From NCBI GenBank assembly GCA_963712745.1, contig CAVQJC010000020.1, forward strand, positions 160,001-224,000: DNA of 64,000 bases. Direction: 5' to 3'. Positions 22,293-31,525 of the stretch are shown here, piece by piece. The notes below the pieces were generated by a model that had not been told where the DNA came from, did no database searches, and worked only from the letters and a program-made list of their open reading frames with translations. The position numbers and the translations under genes are program-made. This DNA is from an uncultured Chloroflexia bacterium (GTDB lineage Bacteria > Chloroflexota > Limnocylindria > Limnocylindrales > CSP1-4). The first letter of the stretch is position 1; the number at the start of each line of letters is the position of its first letter.

Positions 22293-23042
22293 CTACATCA
22301 TCACCATGCCGCCATCGACGGCCAGGACCTGACCGGTGATACAGGCGGCCTCATCGGAGGCCAGGAAGACCACCGCCGCGGCAACGTCCTCGGGGGTCGC
22401 GAAGCGGCCGAGCGGTGTGCGCCGCTTGGCTTCCTCCAGCAGCTCCTGGGGCAGGTCGGCGGTGAGGTCGGTAGGCACGAATCCCGGCGCTACCGCGTTG
22501 GCCGTGATACCGCGAGAGCCCAACTCCCTGGCCGTAGCCTTGGTCAGGCCGATGAGGCCGGCCTTGGACGAGGAGTAGTTGGCCTGGCCCTCCTGACCGG
22601 CCTGGCCCGAGACACTGGTGATGTTGATGATGCGTCCACTGCGCGCCTTGAGCATCGGCCGGGTCACGGCCTTGATGGTGTAGAAAGCACCGAAGAGGTT
22701 CGTCTCGAGCACGATGCTCCAGTCCTCGGGCTTCATGCGCATGATGAGGTCGTCGCGATTGAGGCCGGCGTTGTTGACCAGGATGTCGATCTTCCCAAGC
22801 TCCTCGAGGGCCGTCCTGACGAGCGCGATGGCGGCCTCCTGGTCGCGGGCATCGGCCTGCACGGCGAGGGCCTTTCGCCCGAGCGCCTCGATGGCCGCCA
22901 CGGTCTGCTCGGCGGCGGAGACATTGCCCTTGTAGCTGATGCAGACGTCGGCGCCCTGCTCCGCGAGACGCACGGCGATGGCACGGCCGATGCCGCGCGA
23001 ACCCCCGGTGACGAGGGCTGTCCGGCCGCTGAGATCGATCAT
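22293..23042 (-). CDS. fabG: 3-oxoacyl-ACP reductase
   Basis: TGGSRGIG, NNAG, GQANYSSSK and NAVAPGF, within the fab operon. Confidence 0.95.
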   Translation of the reverse strand: MIDLSGRTALVTGGSRGIGRAIAVRLAEQGADVCISYKGNVSAAEQTVAAIEALGRKALAVQADARDQEAAIALVRTALEELGKIDILVNNAGLNRDDLIMRMKPEDWSIVLETNLFGAFYTIKAVTRPMLKARSGRIINITSVSGQAGQEGQANYSSSKAGLIGLTKATARELGSRGITANAVAPGFVPTDLTADLPQELLEEAKRRTPLGRFATPEDVAAAVVFLASDEAACITGQVLAVDGGMVMM

Positions 23043-24253
23043 GGCTGCTCCTTCGTGTGTGCGTGTTCGGGCTCGCCGGGTACGACGTCATCGAGTGGGA
23101 CCGGTGGTCCGCTGGGATCGTCGAGCACCGCAGCCAGGCGCGGCGGGATGGGATCGACCGAGGCCCAGTCGAGCGGCGCACGCACGCTGGCCACCGGCTC
23201 CACGGCTCTGCCTCGCTCGGCCTGGGCCGGGTCCGCCGTCCAGGTCAGGGCGACGGCTCCAGACGTGAAGCCAGCCCCGAAGGCTACGAAGACGATCTTG
23301 TCACCGGGTTTGACGCGGCCCTCCTGTACGGCCTCGTCGAGCGCGATGCCGACCGAAGCGGCAGAGGTGTTGCCGTACTTGTCGATGTTCACGAACATCT
23401 TGGACATGGGCAGGTTCAGGCCCTTGGCCACCGCCTCGATGATGCGCACGTTGGCCTGGTGCGGGATGAAGAGGTCCACGTCGGCCGGCTGCCAGCCGGC
23501 CTTCTCGATGGCCGCCAGTGCCGAGGAGGCCAGCGTGCGCGTGGCGAAACGGTAGGTCTCACGGCCCTCCATGCGGATGAAGTGCTCGCCGCGGCGGGCC
23601 GTCTCCAGGCTGGGCGGGCTCTTGGACCCTCCCGATGGCATCCAGATCATGTAGGCACCGTCCGGATCGGTGGTCAGCTCCAGGCCGGCCATGCCGCCTC
23701 CGTCCTCGTCCGAGGCAGAGAGCACCACGGCTCCGGCACCGTCGCCGAAGAGGATGCAGGTGCCGCGGTCCTCGAAATCGAGGAACCGGGTCAGCAGCTC
23801 GGCCCCCACCACGAGCACGTTGCGGGCCATCCCGCTGCGGACGTAGGAATCGGCGGTGGCGTAGGCGAAGACGAAGCCGGAGCAGGCGGCGCCGATGTCG
23901 AAGGCGGCCGCGGTGGTGTTGCCGATGGCCTCCTTGACAAGGGCTGCCGTCGACGGCATGGGGTAGTCGGGCGTGAGCGTGGCCACGACGATGACGTCGA
24001 TATCGTCAGGTTCCAGCCCGGCCGTCGCGATGGCCCGCAGGGCGGCGATGGCGCCGAGCGTGGCGGTCGTCTCGTGCGGGGCGGCCACCCGCCGCTCGCT
24101 GATGCCGGTGCGGGTCCGGATCCACTCGTCGGATGTGTCGACGAGCCGCTCGAGGTCGGCGTTGGAGAGCACCCGCTCAGGTACGTACGAGCCCCACCCG
24201 CTGACGCGGACGCTGCGAGGCGGACCGCCGGGCACGGCGCCAGGTCCACTCAT
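23039..24253 (-). CDS. fabH: Beta-ketoacyl-ACP synthase III
   Basis: DTSDEWIRTRTGI, AACSGF, LFGDGAGA, PHQAN and YGNTSAAS, with an extra C-terminal tail. Confidence 0.95.
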   Translation of the reverse strand: MSGPGAVPGGPPRSVRVSGWGSYVPERVLSNADLERLVDTSDEWIRTRTGISERRVAAPHETTATLGAIAALRAIATAGLEPDDIDVIVVATLTPDYPMPSTAALVKEAIGNTTAAAFDIGAACSGFVFAYATADSYVRSGMARNVLVVGAELLTRFLDFEDRGTCILFGDGAGAVVLSASDEDGGGMAGLELTTDPDGAYMIWMPSGGSKSPPSLETARRGEHFIRMEGRETYRFATRTLASSALAAIEKAGWQPADVDLFIPHQANVRIIEAVAKGLNLPMSKMFVNIDKYGNTSAASVGIALDEAVQEGRVKPGDKIVFVAFGAGFTSGAVALTWTADPAQAERGRAVEPVASVRAPLDWASVDPIPPRLAAVLDDPSGPPVPLDDVVPGEPEHAHTKEQP

Positions 24254-24726
24254 GCGGGATCGACCTCGATGAGCGTCTGCCTGGCCTTGACCAGGTCACC
24301 GTCGCCGGCGGCGACGCGTCTGACCGTGCCGGTCACGTCGCACTTGATCTCATTGAACAGCTTCATGGCCTCGATGAGACCGATGACCTGGCCGGCATTG
24401 ACCTGGCCCCCCTCCCGGACATAGGGCTCGGCGTCGGGCGACGGCGAGCGGTAGAAGACCCCGGTCAGCGGCGCGCTGACAGCATGGGCGCCTCGCTCCT
24501 GCATTGGCTCATCCTCGAGTGGTGGCTCGGCCAGCGGCAGATCGGGCGAGACCGTCGAGGTCACCACGGCAGCCGCCACCGGAGCGATCGCGCCCAGCGT
24601 ACGCAGCACCACGGTGGTGTCAGCGTGCTCCACCTCGAGCTCGGCCAGGCCGGACCGCTCCAGCAGTCGCTCGAGACGGTCGATGAGAGCCAACAGCTCG
24701 GCCATCTCCGCGCGCTCGGCCATCAA
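24250..24726 (-). CDS. accB: Biotin carboxyl carrier protein (biotinylatable)
   Basis: APLTGVFYRSPSPDAEPYV (thumb) and IEAMKLFNEI biotinylation motif. Confidence 0.95.
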   Translation of the reverse strand: MMAERAEMAELLALIDRLERLLERSGLAELEVEHADTTVVLRTLGAIAPVAAAVVTSTVSPDLPLAEPPLEDEPMQERGAHAVSAPLTGVFYRSPSPDAEPYVREGGQVNAGQVIGLIEAMKLFNEIKCDVTGTVRRVAAGDGDLVKARQTLIEVDPA

Positions 24727-25988
24727 CCGTTCCAGCGCTGGAGCACGATGGCCGAGTTCTGGCCACCGAAGCCGAAGGCATTGACGAGGGCCACGTCCAG
24801 CTCGCGCTCCCGCGCCTTGAGCGGGGTCAGGTCCAGCGCACCGGCTCGCTCGTCGGGCTGGTGCAGGTTGAGCGTGGGCGGTACGACACCCTCCTCGAGT
24901 GCCTTGACCGTAGCCACGGCCGCCACCGCACCGGCCGCACCGAGCGTGTGCCCGATGGACGACTTGGTGGCAGTCACGCTGACCTCGGCGGCGTGATCTC
25001 CGACCAGGGCGTTGATGGCCAGCAGTTCGGTTGGGTCGCCTTCGCCGGTGCTGGTGGCATGGGCGCTGACGAGGTCGATGTCGGCCGGCTCAAGGCCGGC
25101 CTTCTCGAGCGCGCGGCGCGCGGCACGCACGGCCCCCATGCCACCCGGTGAGGGCGTGGTGATGTGGTGGCCGTCGGCGGTGGCGCCGTAGCCACAGACC
25201 TCGGCATAGATGCGGGCGCCGCGGCGTCGGGCGTGCTCCAGCTCCTCGAGCACCAGCGTGCCCGAACCCTCTGCCACCACGAATCCATCCCGCGCTGCGT
25301 CGAAGGGGCGGCTCGCCGCCTCGGGTTCGTCGTTGCGGGTGGAAAGCGCCTTCATGCGCGCGAAGCCGGCCACGATGGCGTCAGCCACGGGCGCCTCACA
25401 ACCCCCGGCGAGCATGACGTCGGCGTCGCCGCGGCGGATGATCTCGTAGGACTCGCCGAGTGCGTGACCGGCCGAGGCACAGGCGCTGGTGGTGGAGTAA
25501 TTGGGGCCGAGTGCCCCGAAGGTGATGCCAGCCACGCCCGCGGGCATGTTGGCGATGGCCATGGGGATGAAGAAGGGGCTGACCCGGCCCGGGCCGTCGA
25601 TGCGGCAGATGGCGATCTGTTCGATGAGCGTGTTGGTGCCACCCAGGCCCGAGGCCATGAGCACGCCGGTCATCTCCGCGGCCTGGCCCTCGAACCGGCT
25701 GGGCAGGCCCGCGTCGATCAGCGCCTCATGCGTCGCGACCAGGCCCATGTGGGTGGCGCGGTCGTTGCGCCGGACCTCCTTGCGGTCGAGCACGGCAGAG
25801 GGGTCGAGGTCGGTCACCTCGCCGGCGATGCGGGCGGTCGACCGCGAGGCGTCGAAGCAGGTGATGGGGCCGATGCCGGATTCCCCCGCCACCAGGCGTC
25901 GCCAGAAGGTCGGGACATCGTTGCCCAGCGGGGTGACGGCCCCGAGGCCGGTCACGACCACGCGGCGGCCCCCGGCGACGGAGGTCAT
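24723..25988 (-). CDS. fabF: Beta-ketoacyl-ACP synthase II
   Basis: RRVVVTGLG, TSACASAGHA, AHATST, TKSSIGHTLGAAG and NAFGFGGQN. Confidence 0.95.
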   Translation of the reverse strand: MTSVAGGRRVVVTGLGAVTPLGNDVPTFWRRLVAGESGIGPITCFDASRSTARIAGEVTDLDPSAVLDRKEVRRNDRATHMGLVATHEALIDAGLPSRFEGQAAEMTGVLMASGLGGTNTLIEQIAICRIDGPGRVSPFFIPMAIANMPAGVAGITFGALGPNYSTTSACASAGHALGESYEIIRRGDADVMLAGGCEAPVADAIVAGFARMKALSTRNDEPEAASRPFDAARDGFVVAEGSGTLVLEELEHARRRGARIYAEVCGYGATADGHHITTPSPGGMGAVRAARRALEKAGLEPADIDLVSAHATSTGEGDPTELLAINALVGDHAAEVSVTATKSSIGHTLGAAGAVAAVATVKALEEGVVPPTLNLHQPDERAGALDLTPLKARERELDVALVNAFGFGGQNSAIVLQRWNG

Positions 25989-26732
25989 CGGACGAACCTC
26001 CCGGTGCGGATGGTAGCGGCACGGTAGACGTCGCCGGGCAGCCCGCGCTCGGCGACCTGCTCGGCGGCGGACTGCGGATCGTAGGCTGCGCGCAGCAGCT
26101 CGGCCTGTGGGTCGGCTCCTTCTTCCAGCGTGAGGAGACCCCAGCAGGCGTCAGGCGTGCCGTCGAAGGCGTAGCCGCATGACCCCGGGTTGACGATGAG
26201 CTTGCGGCCCAGCTCGCGCATGTCGGCCACGTGCGTGTGGCCGCAGCAGATCGACCCGCGCGTCGGTGCGAGTGACGCGCTGGACGGTGACGGCCGGGTC
26301 CAGGTCCGCGGGCAGGCCGCTGGTCTGGCTGCCGGGCGAGGCATGCGTCGCCAGCACCAGCTCGTCGCCGACGGTCAGCCGGCGTTCCGCAGGCAGCCGT
26401 CGCAGGTAGTCCAGCTGCTCGTCGTCCAGCTGCTCCCGGGCCCACTCGGCGGCGGCCCGGTGGCCGGCCGGCACCTCGTCGAGCCAGGGGAAAGCCGCAG
26501 CGTAGTCGCCGTCGGCCACAGCGATGTCGGTGTTGCCGGCGATGACCCAGGCACCGTCGGCCTCGAGCCGCCTGACCCTTTCCACCGTCTCGGCCGGCCG
26601 GGGTCCGTTGAGCACCAAGTCGCCGAGCACGATGACGCGGTCGGCGCCGCGCTGCTCGATGGCCGTCAGGGCAGCCTCGAGCGCGTCGAGGTTGCCGTGG
26701 ATGTCGGAGATGAGGGCGATGCGCCGCGTCAT
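25985..26732 (-). CDS. YfcE-like metallophosphoesterase, interrupted by a +1 frameshift at about 26252
   Basis: The first frame has ISDIHGN, LGDLV, GNTD and THASP. The second has CGHTH and NPGSCG. ATGA overlaps at both ends. Confidence 0.88.
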
Positions 26733-27217
26733 CGGAGGGCCTCCGCGGGTGGGATGACGAAGGAGATGAGCGCCTCACAGGCGATCTCACCGTCGACCGA
26801 GGCGACCGCCCGGCCCTTGCCGAAGCGACGACCGAGCTTCTCCATGGTGACCTCCAACGTGAGCCGGTCGCCCGGCTGCACGACCCGCTTGAAGCGGCAT
26901 CCGTCGATGCCGGCGAAGAGGCCGATGCGGTCGCCGAAGCCCTCCTCGCGGGCCACGTAGACGGCCATCGTCTGGGCCAGTGCCTCGACCTGGATGACCC
27001 CTGGCATGACCGGCAGGTCGGGGAAGTGCCCGCCGAAGAACCACTCTGAAGCCGTGACGGCCTTCTCGCCGCGGATGTAGCCCCGCTCGCGGTCCTCCTC
27101 GACGATGCGATCGACGAGCAGGAACGGCCAGCGGTGGGGGATGAGCTTCTGGAGCTCGGCGGTCGTGAGCAGGACAGCGGACGGCTGCCCGGCGGAGTGC
27201 CCCTGAGCGTCGGTCAT
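26729..27217 (-). CDS. fabZ: 3-hydroxyacyl-ACP dehydratase
   Basis: IPHRWPFLLVDR and GHFPDLPVMPGVIQVEALAQ. Confidence 0.96.
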   Translation of the reverse strand: MTDAQGHSAGQPSAVLLTTAELQKLIPHRWPFLLVDRIVEEDRERGYIRGEKAVTASEWFFGGHFPDLPVMPGVIQVEALAQTMAVYVAREEGFGDRIGLFAGIDGCRFKRVVQPGDRLTLEVTMEKLGRRFGKGRAVASVDGEIACEALISFVIPPAEALR

Positions 27218-27246
27218 GGTCTCCCTCTCGATGCGGGCCGGAAGGG

Positions 27247-28626
27247 TCAGGCCCCGTGGTCGGGCGCCACGGCGTCAAGGAACGCCGCCGCACCCTTGCG
27301 GTCAAGCAGGTTGGTATCGAAGCCACCCGAGAGGAACGTCTCGTCCTCGAGGAGGGCCCGGTGGAACGGGATGTTCGTCTCGATGCCCTCGACCAGCAGT
27401 TCGCGCAGCGCCACGCGAGAGCGTGCGATGGCGGATTCCCGGTCGGGACCCCAGACGATGAGCTTGCCCAGGAGTAAATCGTAGTACGGCGGCACCTCGT
27501 AGCCGCTGTAGAGGTGGGTCTCCATGCGGATGCCGGCGCCACCGGGCGGAACGTAGTGCTCGACCACCCCGGCCTGGGGCTGGAAATCGGCCCGCACATC
27601 CTCGGCATTGATGCGGAACTCGATGGCGTGACCGCGGCTGTGGACATCCTCCTGGCCATAGCCCAGCTCCTCGCCGGCCGCGAGCCGGATCTGCTCGGCC
27701 ACGATATCGATGCCGCTGAGCATCTCGGTCACCGGGTGCTCCACCTGGATGCGGGCGTTGATCTCGATGAAGTAGTAGCGACCCTCGCCGTCGACGAGGA
27801 ACTCCAGCGTACCCACGTTCTGGTAGCCCGCGGCCACGGCCGCCTTGACCGCCGCCTCGCAGAGGGCCGTGCGTGTGGCCTCGTCGATGGCCGGGCTGGG
27901 TGCCTCCTCCACGATCTTCTGGTGCCGCCGCTGGACCGAGCAGTCGCGCTCACCGACATGGACGCCGTGGCCATACATGTCGATGAGCACCTGGACCTCG
28001 ACGTGCCGCGTCCGCTCGAGCCACTTCTCGAGATAGAGCGAATCGTCCCCGAACGCGGCTCGCGCCTCCGAGCGGCAGACCGTCAGCGCCTGCTGCAGCT
28101 CGCGCGGGGTGCGCACCATGCGCATGCCCTTGCCGCCACCACCAGCACTGGGCTTGATGAGCAGCGGATAGCCCACGCGCTCGGCCTCCTCGAGCGCATG
28201 CGTGTCGTCGCGCAGCATGCCGTGGGAGCCGGGCACCATGGGCAGGCCGTGCTGGGCCAGCAACTCACGGGTCCCTGCCTTCGAGGCAAAGCGCTCGAGC
28301 ACCTCTGCCGAGGGGCCGATGAAGGTGAGGTCGTGAGCCCGGGTCATCTCCGCGAATCCGTCGTCCTCGCTGAGGAAGCCGTAGCCGGGATGGATGGCAT
28401 CGCAGCCGCTGACCAGGGCTGCGCTGATGACCGACGCTGCGCTCAGGTAGGAGCGTGCGGACTCGGCGGGGCCGATGCAGATGGACTCGTCGGCCATGCG
28501 CACGGCGCGCGATTCGGTGTCGGCCTCGCTGTGGGCCACGACCGCCTCGATGCCCATGCTTCGGCAGGCGCGCAGCACGCGTACGGCGATCTCGCCGCGG
28601 TTGGCGATGAGGACACGGGTGATCAC
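27247..28626 (-). CDS. accC: Biotin carboxylase
   Basis: VLIANRGEIAVR, IHPGYGFLSE, GGGGKGMR, RDCSVQRRHQK and RIQVEHPVTE. Confidence 0.97.
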   Translation of the reverse strand: MITRVLIANRGEIAVRVLRACRSMGIEAVVAHSEADTESRAVRMADESICIGPAESARSYLSAASVISAALVSGCDAIHPGYGFLSEDDGFAEMTRAHDLTFIGPSAEVLERFASKAGTRELLAQHGLPMVPGSHGMLRDDTHALEEAERVGYPLLIKPSAGGGGKGMRMVRTPRELQQALTVCRSEARAAFGDDSLYLEKWLERTRHVEVQVLIDMYGHGVHVGERDCSVQRRHQKIVEEAPSPAIDEATRTALCEAAVKAAVAAGYQNVGTLEFLVDGEGRYYFIEINARIQVEHPVTEMLSGIDIVAEQIRLAAGEELGYGQEDVHSRGHAIEFRINAEDVRADFQPQAGVVEHYVPPGGAGIRMETHLYSGYEVPPYYDLLLGKLIVWGPDRESAIARSRVALRELLVEGIETNIPFHRALLEDETFLSGGFDTNLLDRKGAAAFLDAVAPDHGA

Positions 28627-29138
28627 GACTCGGCCACCTCGCCGACCGCCTCGCTCCCGAGCTCGACCTCGAAGGGATCGACGTCGATGAGTGCCTGACC
28701 GTACTCCACGGCCTGCCCGTCTTCGGCTAGCACGCGACTGATGATGCCGTGGGCTGGAGCTGTGACCTCCTGCGCGATGCCGAGCACATCGACGCTACCG
28801 AGCAGGTCGCCGGCCTGGACCGAGTTCCCCACCGCGAGGCCCGAGAGAGGCAGGAAGTAGCCGACCGCCGGGGAGCGTGCCACCCTGCCGTCGAGCGCAG
28901 GGGACGACTCGGACTCCGCACCGGGGCCGCCGGCGGGCAGAGCCATCCGCGACGGCGAACCCACGTCGCGTCGCAGGCGCACGCGCCAGCCACTCGTGCG
29001 CACCTCCAGCTCGCCCAGCCGGCTCGAGCGCAAGCGGGCGATGAGCGCCGGCAGCACCTCGTCCGTCAGGTCCTCGAGCCGGGCGGTCGACCCTTCGTCC
29101 GCGCCCTCCGGGACTCGCCCGGCCGCCTCGTCGGTCAC
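28623..29138 (-). CDS. Lysine-free BCCP paralogue (non-biotinylatable, BADC-like)
   Basis: AccB-like N-terminus (LIARLRSSRLGELEVRTSGWRVRLRR) and biotinyl/lipoyl fold (RSPAVGYF...VQAGDLLG...EDGQAVEYGQALI), but DVLG replaces EAMK. GTGA overlap with accA, (A/G)TGA overlap with accC. Confidence 0.88.
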   Translation of the reverse strand: MTDEAAGRVPEGADEGSTARLEDLTDEVLPALIARLRSSRLGELEVRTSGWRVRLRRDVGSPSRMALPAGGPGAESESSPALDGRVARSPAVGYFLPLSGLAVGNSVQAGDLLGSVDVLGIAQEVTAPAHGIISRVLAEDGQAVEYGQALIDVDPFEVELGSEAVGEVAES

Positions 29139-30208
29139 GTATCACTCCCCTCGTCGCCGAGATGGGCATGCCCATCGACCTCGGTGCCCTGTCCGTCCTC
29201 CAGGTCGTCGGCCGCATCGGGCGCAAGCCGCTCGCCTTCGCCTACGGCCATCACCCGCTGGCCAGAGTCCAGCAACGTGCGCAGCCGGTCCACCCAGTTC
29301 TGGCGTTCACGGCGCTCACGCACCGGCAGATCCTTGGTGGTGAAGGCGCCGTAGTTGCGATACCGCGCGTAACGGGCCCGGACCAGTTCGTCGACATCAT
29401 GGTGGACCAGCGCCTCGAGCTGCGCCTCGATGGCCTCGCCCAGCCGGTGCGCGGTCTCGTCGGGATCCTCGTGAGCCCCCTCTCCCGGTTCGCTGATGAC
29501 GGTGTCGATGACCCCCAGCGCCTGCTGCTCGCGGGCCGTCAGACGCATGGCCACCGCGGCCTGCTTGGCCATGTCGCTGGTGCGCCAGAGGATGCTGGCA
29601 CAGCCCTCCGGCGAGATGACTGAGTAGATGGCGTTCTCGAGCGCGAGCACGACGTCGCCGACGGCGATGGCCAGCGCCCCGCCGGAGCCCCCTTCACCGG
29701 TGATGACGGTGACGATGGGCGTACGCAGCGAGGTCATGTCCGCGATGTTGCGGGCGATAGCCTCGGCCTGGCCCCGCTCTTCCGAGGGCGCATCGGGTGC
29801 CGCTCCGGGCGTGTCCACGAAGGTGACCACCGGCAGACCGAGCCGCTCGGCCAGCTTCAGCAGCCGACCGGCCTTGCGGTAGCCCTCTGGGTGGGGCATG
29901 CCGAAGTTGCGGCGGATGTTCTCCTCGACGTCACCACCCTTCTGGTGACCCAGGAACACCACGCGGTGCTCGCCGATCGTGGCCAGGCCTCCCACCAGCG
30001 CGGGGTCGTCGCCGAAGGCGCGATCGCCATGGAGCTCGACCACTTGGCTGGCCATGCCTCCCAGCAGCTCGAGCGTGTGGGGGCGCTGCACGTTGCGGGC
30101 CATCTGCACGCGCGCCCAGACGGCCTCGCGCAGGGCCTCCTCATCGACATCCGCGATCACCGACCCCGGGTCGGCGCTCTCGGGCATCGCGGTCACCGGC
30201 TCAGCCAC
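29135..30208 (-). CDS. accA: Acetyl-CoA carboxylase carboxyltransferase alpha
   Basis: ELHGDRAFGDD, RNFGMPHPEGYRKA, GEGGSGGALA and YSVISPEGCASILW. The start is approximate (GTG 30208 or ATG 30187). Confidence 0.95.
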   Translation of the reverse strand: MAEPVTAMPESADPGSVIADVDEEALREAVWARVQMARNVQRPHTLELLGGMASQVVELHGDRAFGDDPALVGGLATIGEHRVVFLGHQKGGDVEENIRRNFGMPHPEGYRKAGRLLKLAERLGLPVVTFVDTPGAAPDAPSEERGQAEAIARNIADMTSLRTPIVTVITGEGGSGGALAIAVGDVVLALENAIYSVISPEGCASILWRTSDMAKQAAVAMRLTAREQQALGVIDTVISEPGEGAHEDPDETAHRLGEAIEAQLEALVHHDVDELVRARYARYRNYGAFTTKDLPVRERRERQNWVDRLRTLLDSGQRVMAVGEGERLAPDAADDLEDGQGTEVDGHAHLGDEGSDT

Positions 30209-31100
30209 GGATCGCCTCCGCATCGGCCCCACCGCGCCCGTTGACGGAATGCCCGTTGTGGTTGATCCGCTCGGCCCTGGGCTGAAGGTAGCGCAGCAGG
30301 CGAGCCACCTCAGCGCGCAGCTCGGCCCGCGGCACGACCAGGTCGAGGAAGCCGTGGCGGTAGAGGAACTCGGCACGCTGGAAGCCCTCGGGCAGCTCAT
30401 CGCCGGTGGTGCCCGCCGCCACGCGTGCGCCGGCAAATCCGATGAGGGCGTTGGGCTCAGCGATGTTGACGTCGCCCAGGGCTGCGAAGGAGGCGAAGAC
30501 GCCGCCAGTGGTGGGGTCGGACATGATGCTGACATAGGGCACGCCTGCGAGCGCCAGGCGTTCCACCGCCGCGCAGGTCTTGACCAGCTGCATCAACGCC
30601 AGCGTGCCTTCCTGCATGCGGGCGCCGCCCGAGGTGCTCACGGCCACGTAGGGGATGCGCCGCTCGAGGGCGGCCTCTGCGGCGCGGGTGATCTTCTCGC
30701 CCACCACCGAACCCATCGAGCCCCCCATGTAGGCGAAGTCCATGGCGCAGATCGAGACCGATTGGCCCTCGATGGCCCCGATGCCCCAGACCGCCGCATC
30801 GCGGATGCCGGTCTTGGCCTTCTGTTCAGCGACCCGATCGGGGTAGGTCTTGAGATCGACGAAGCCAAGAGGATCGAGCGATTCGAGCCCGGCATCATGC
30901 TCTTCGAACGAGTCGGCATCGAGCAGGCTGCCGAGGCGGACATCCACCCGCAGCCGGAAGTGGTGCCCGCACCTGGGGCAGACGCGCTGGTTCTCCTCGA
31001 GCTGCTTGTTGTAGATCATCTCGCTACAGCCGGGGCACTTGGTCCAGAGGTCTGAGCGCGAGGAATCGGGGCGCGGGCGGAACGGCAGGCGGATGGGCAC
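30201..31100 (-). CDS. accD: Acetyl-CoA carboxylase carboxyltransferase beta
   Basis: Zn finger LWTKCPGC...VCPRCGHH, GGSMGSVVGEK, SGGARMQEG and DPTTGGVFASF. Confidence 0.97.
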   Translation of the reverse strand: MPIRLPFRPRPDSSRSDLWTKCPGCSEMIYNKQLEENQRVCPRCGHHFRLRVDVRLGSLLDADSFEEHDAGLESLDPLGFVDLKTYPDRVAEQKAKTGIRDAAVWGIGAIEGQSVSICAMDFAYMGGSMGSVVGEKITRAAEAALERRIPYVAVSTSGGARMQEGTLALMQLVKTCAAVERLALAGVPYVSIMSDPTTGGVFASFAALGDVNIAEPNALIGFAGARVAAGTTGDELPEGFQRAEFLYRHGFLDLVVPRAELRAEVARLLRYLQPRAERINHNGHSVNGRGGADAEAIRG

Positions 31101-31525
31101 TAGAGGATGCCCCCCGAAGATCGGGAGCGACGCCAGGCCACGATGGCCGCGCCCGCCAGCGGCAGCGCCAGCGAGACGCCCGAGGCGATGGCGCCGCCAG
31201 CTACCAGGCTGCGGCGGCGTCGATCGACACCCTGGGCATCGACCGGCTCCAACCCGCGCCCGGTCGTGGCAGCAGGATGGAGTGGGACCGGTTCCGCCAG
31301 GACGGCCCGCGGCTCTCCGGTCTGCATCCGGCGGGCAGCGGCCAAGCGGGCAGCCAGCAGATCCTCGAAACCGAAGCGCGGGTGCAGCCGGGGCAGGGAG
31401 TCGCGCAGCAGGCGCGCGGTCGCGGCCAGCTCGCCGTCAGCGCCGGACCGCGGACCGTCGTCGCCCCGGAGGATGGAGTCGATGGCGCTGTCAAGCTGCG
31501 TGGCGTTCTCGGGGGCTCCCGTCAT
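31100..31525 (-). CDS. Small protein with a single C-terminal TM helix, putative anti-sigma factor
   Basis: ATGA-coupled to the ECF sigma gene, with a helical cytoplasmic N-terminus and one TM. Its stop overlaps the accD start (TAGTG). Confidence 0.55.
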   Translation of the reverse strand: MTGAPENATQLDSAIDSILRGDDGPRSGADGELAATARLLRDSLPRLHPRFGFEDLLAARLAAARRMQTGEPRAVLAEPVPLHPAATTGRGLEPVDAQGVDRRRRSLVAGGAIASGVSLALPLAGAAIVAWRRSRSSGGIL

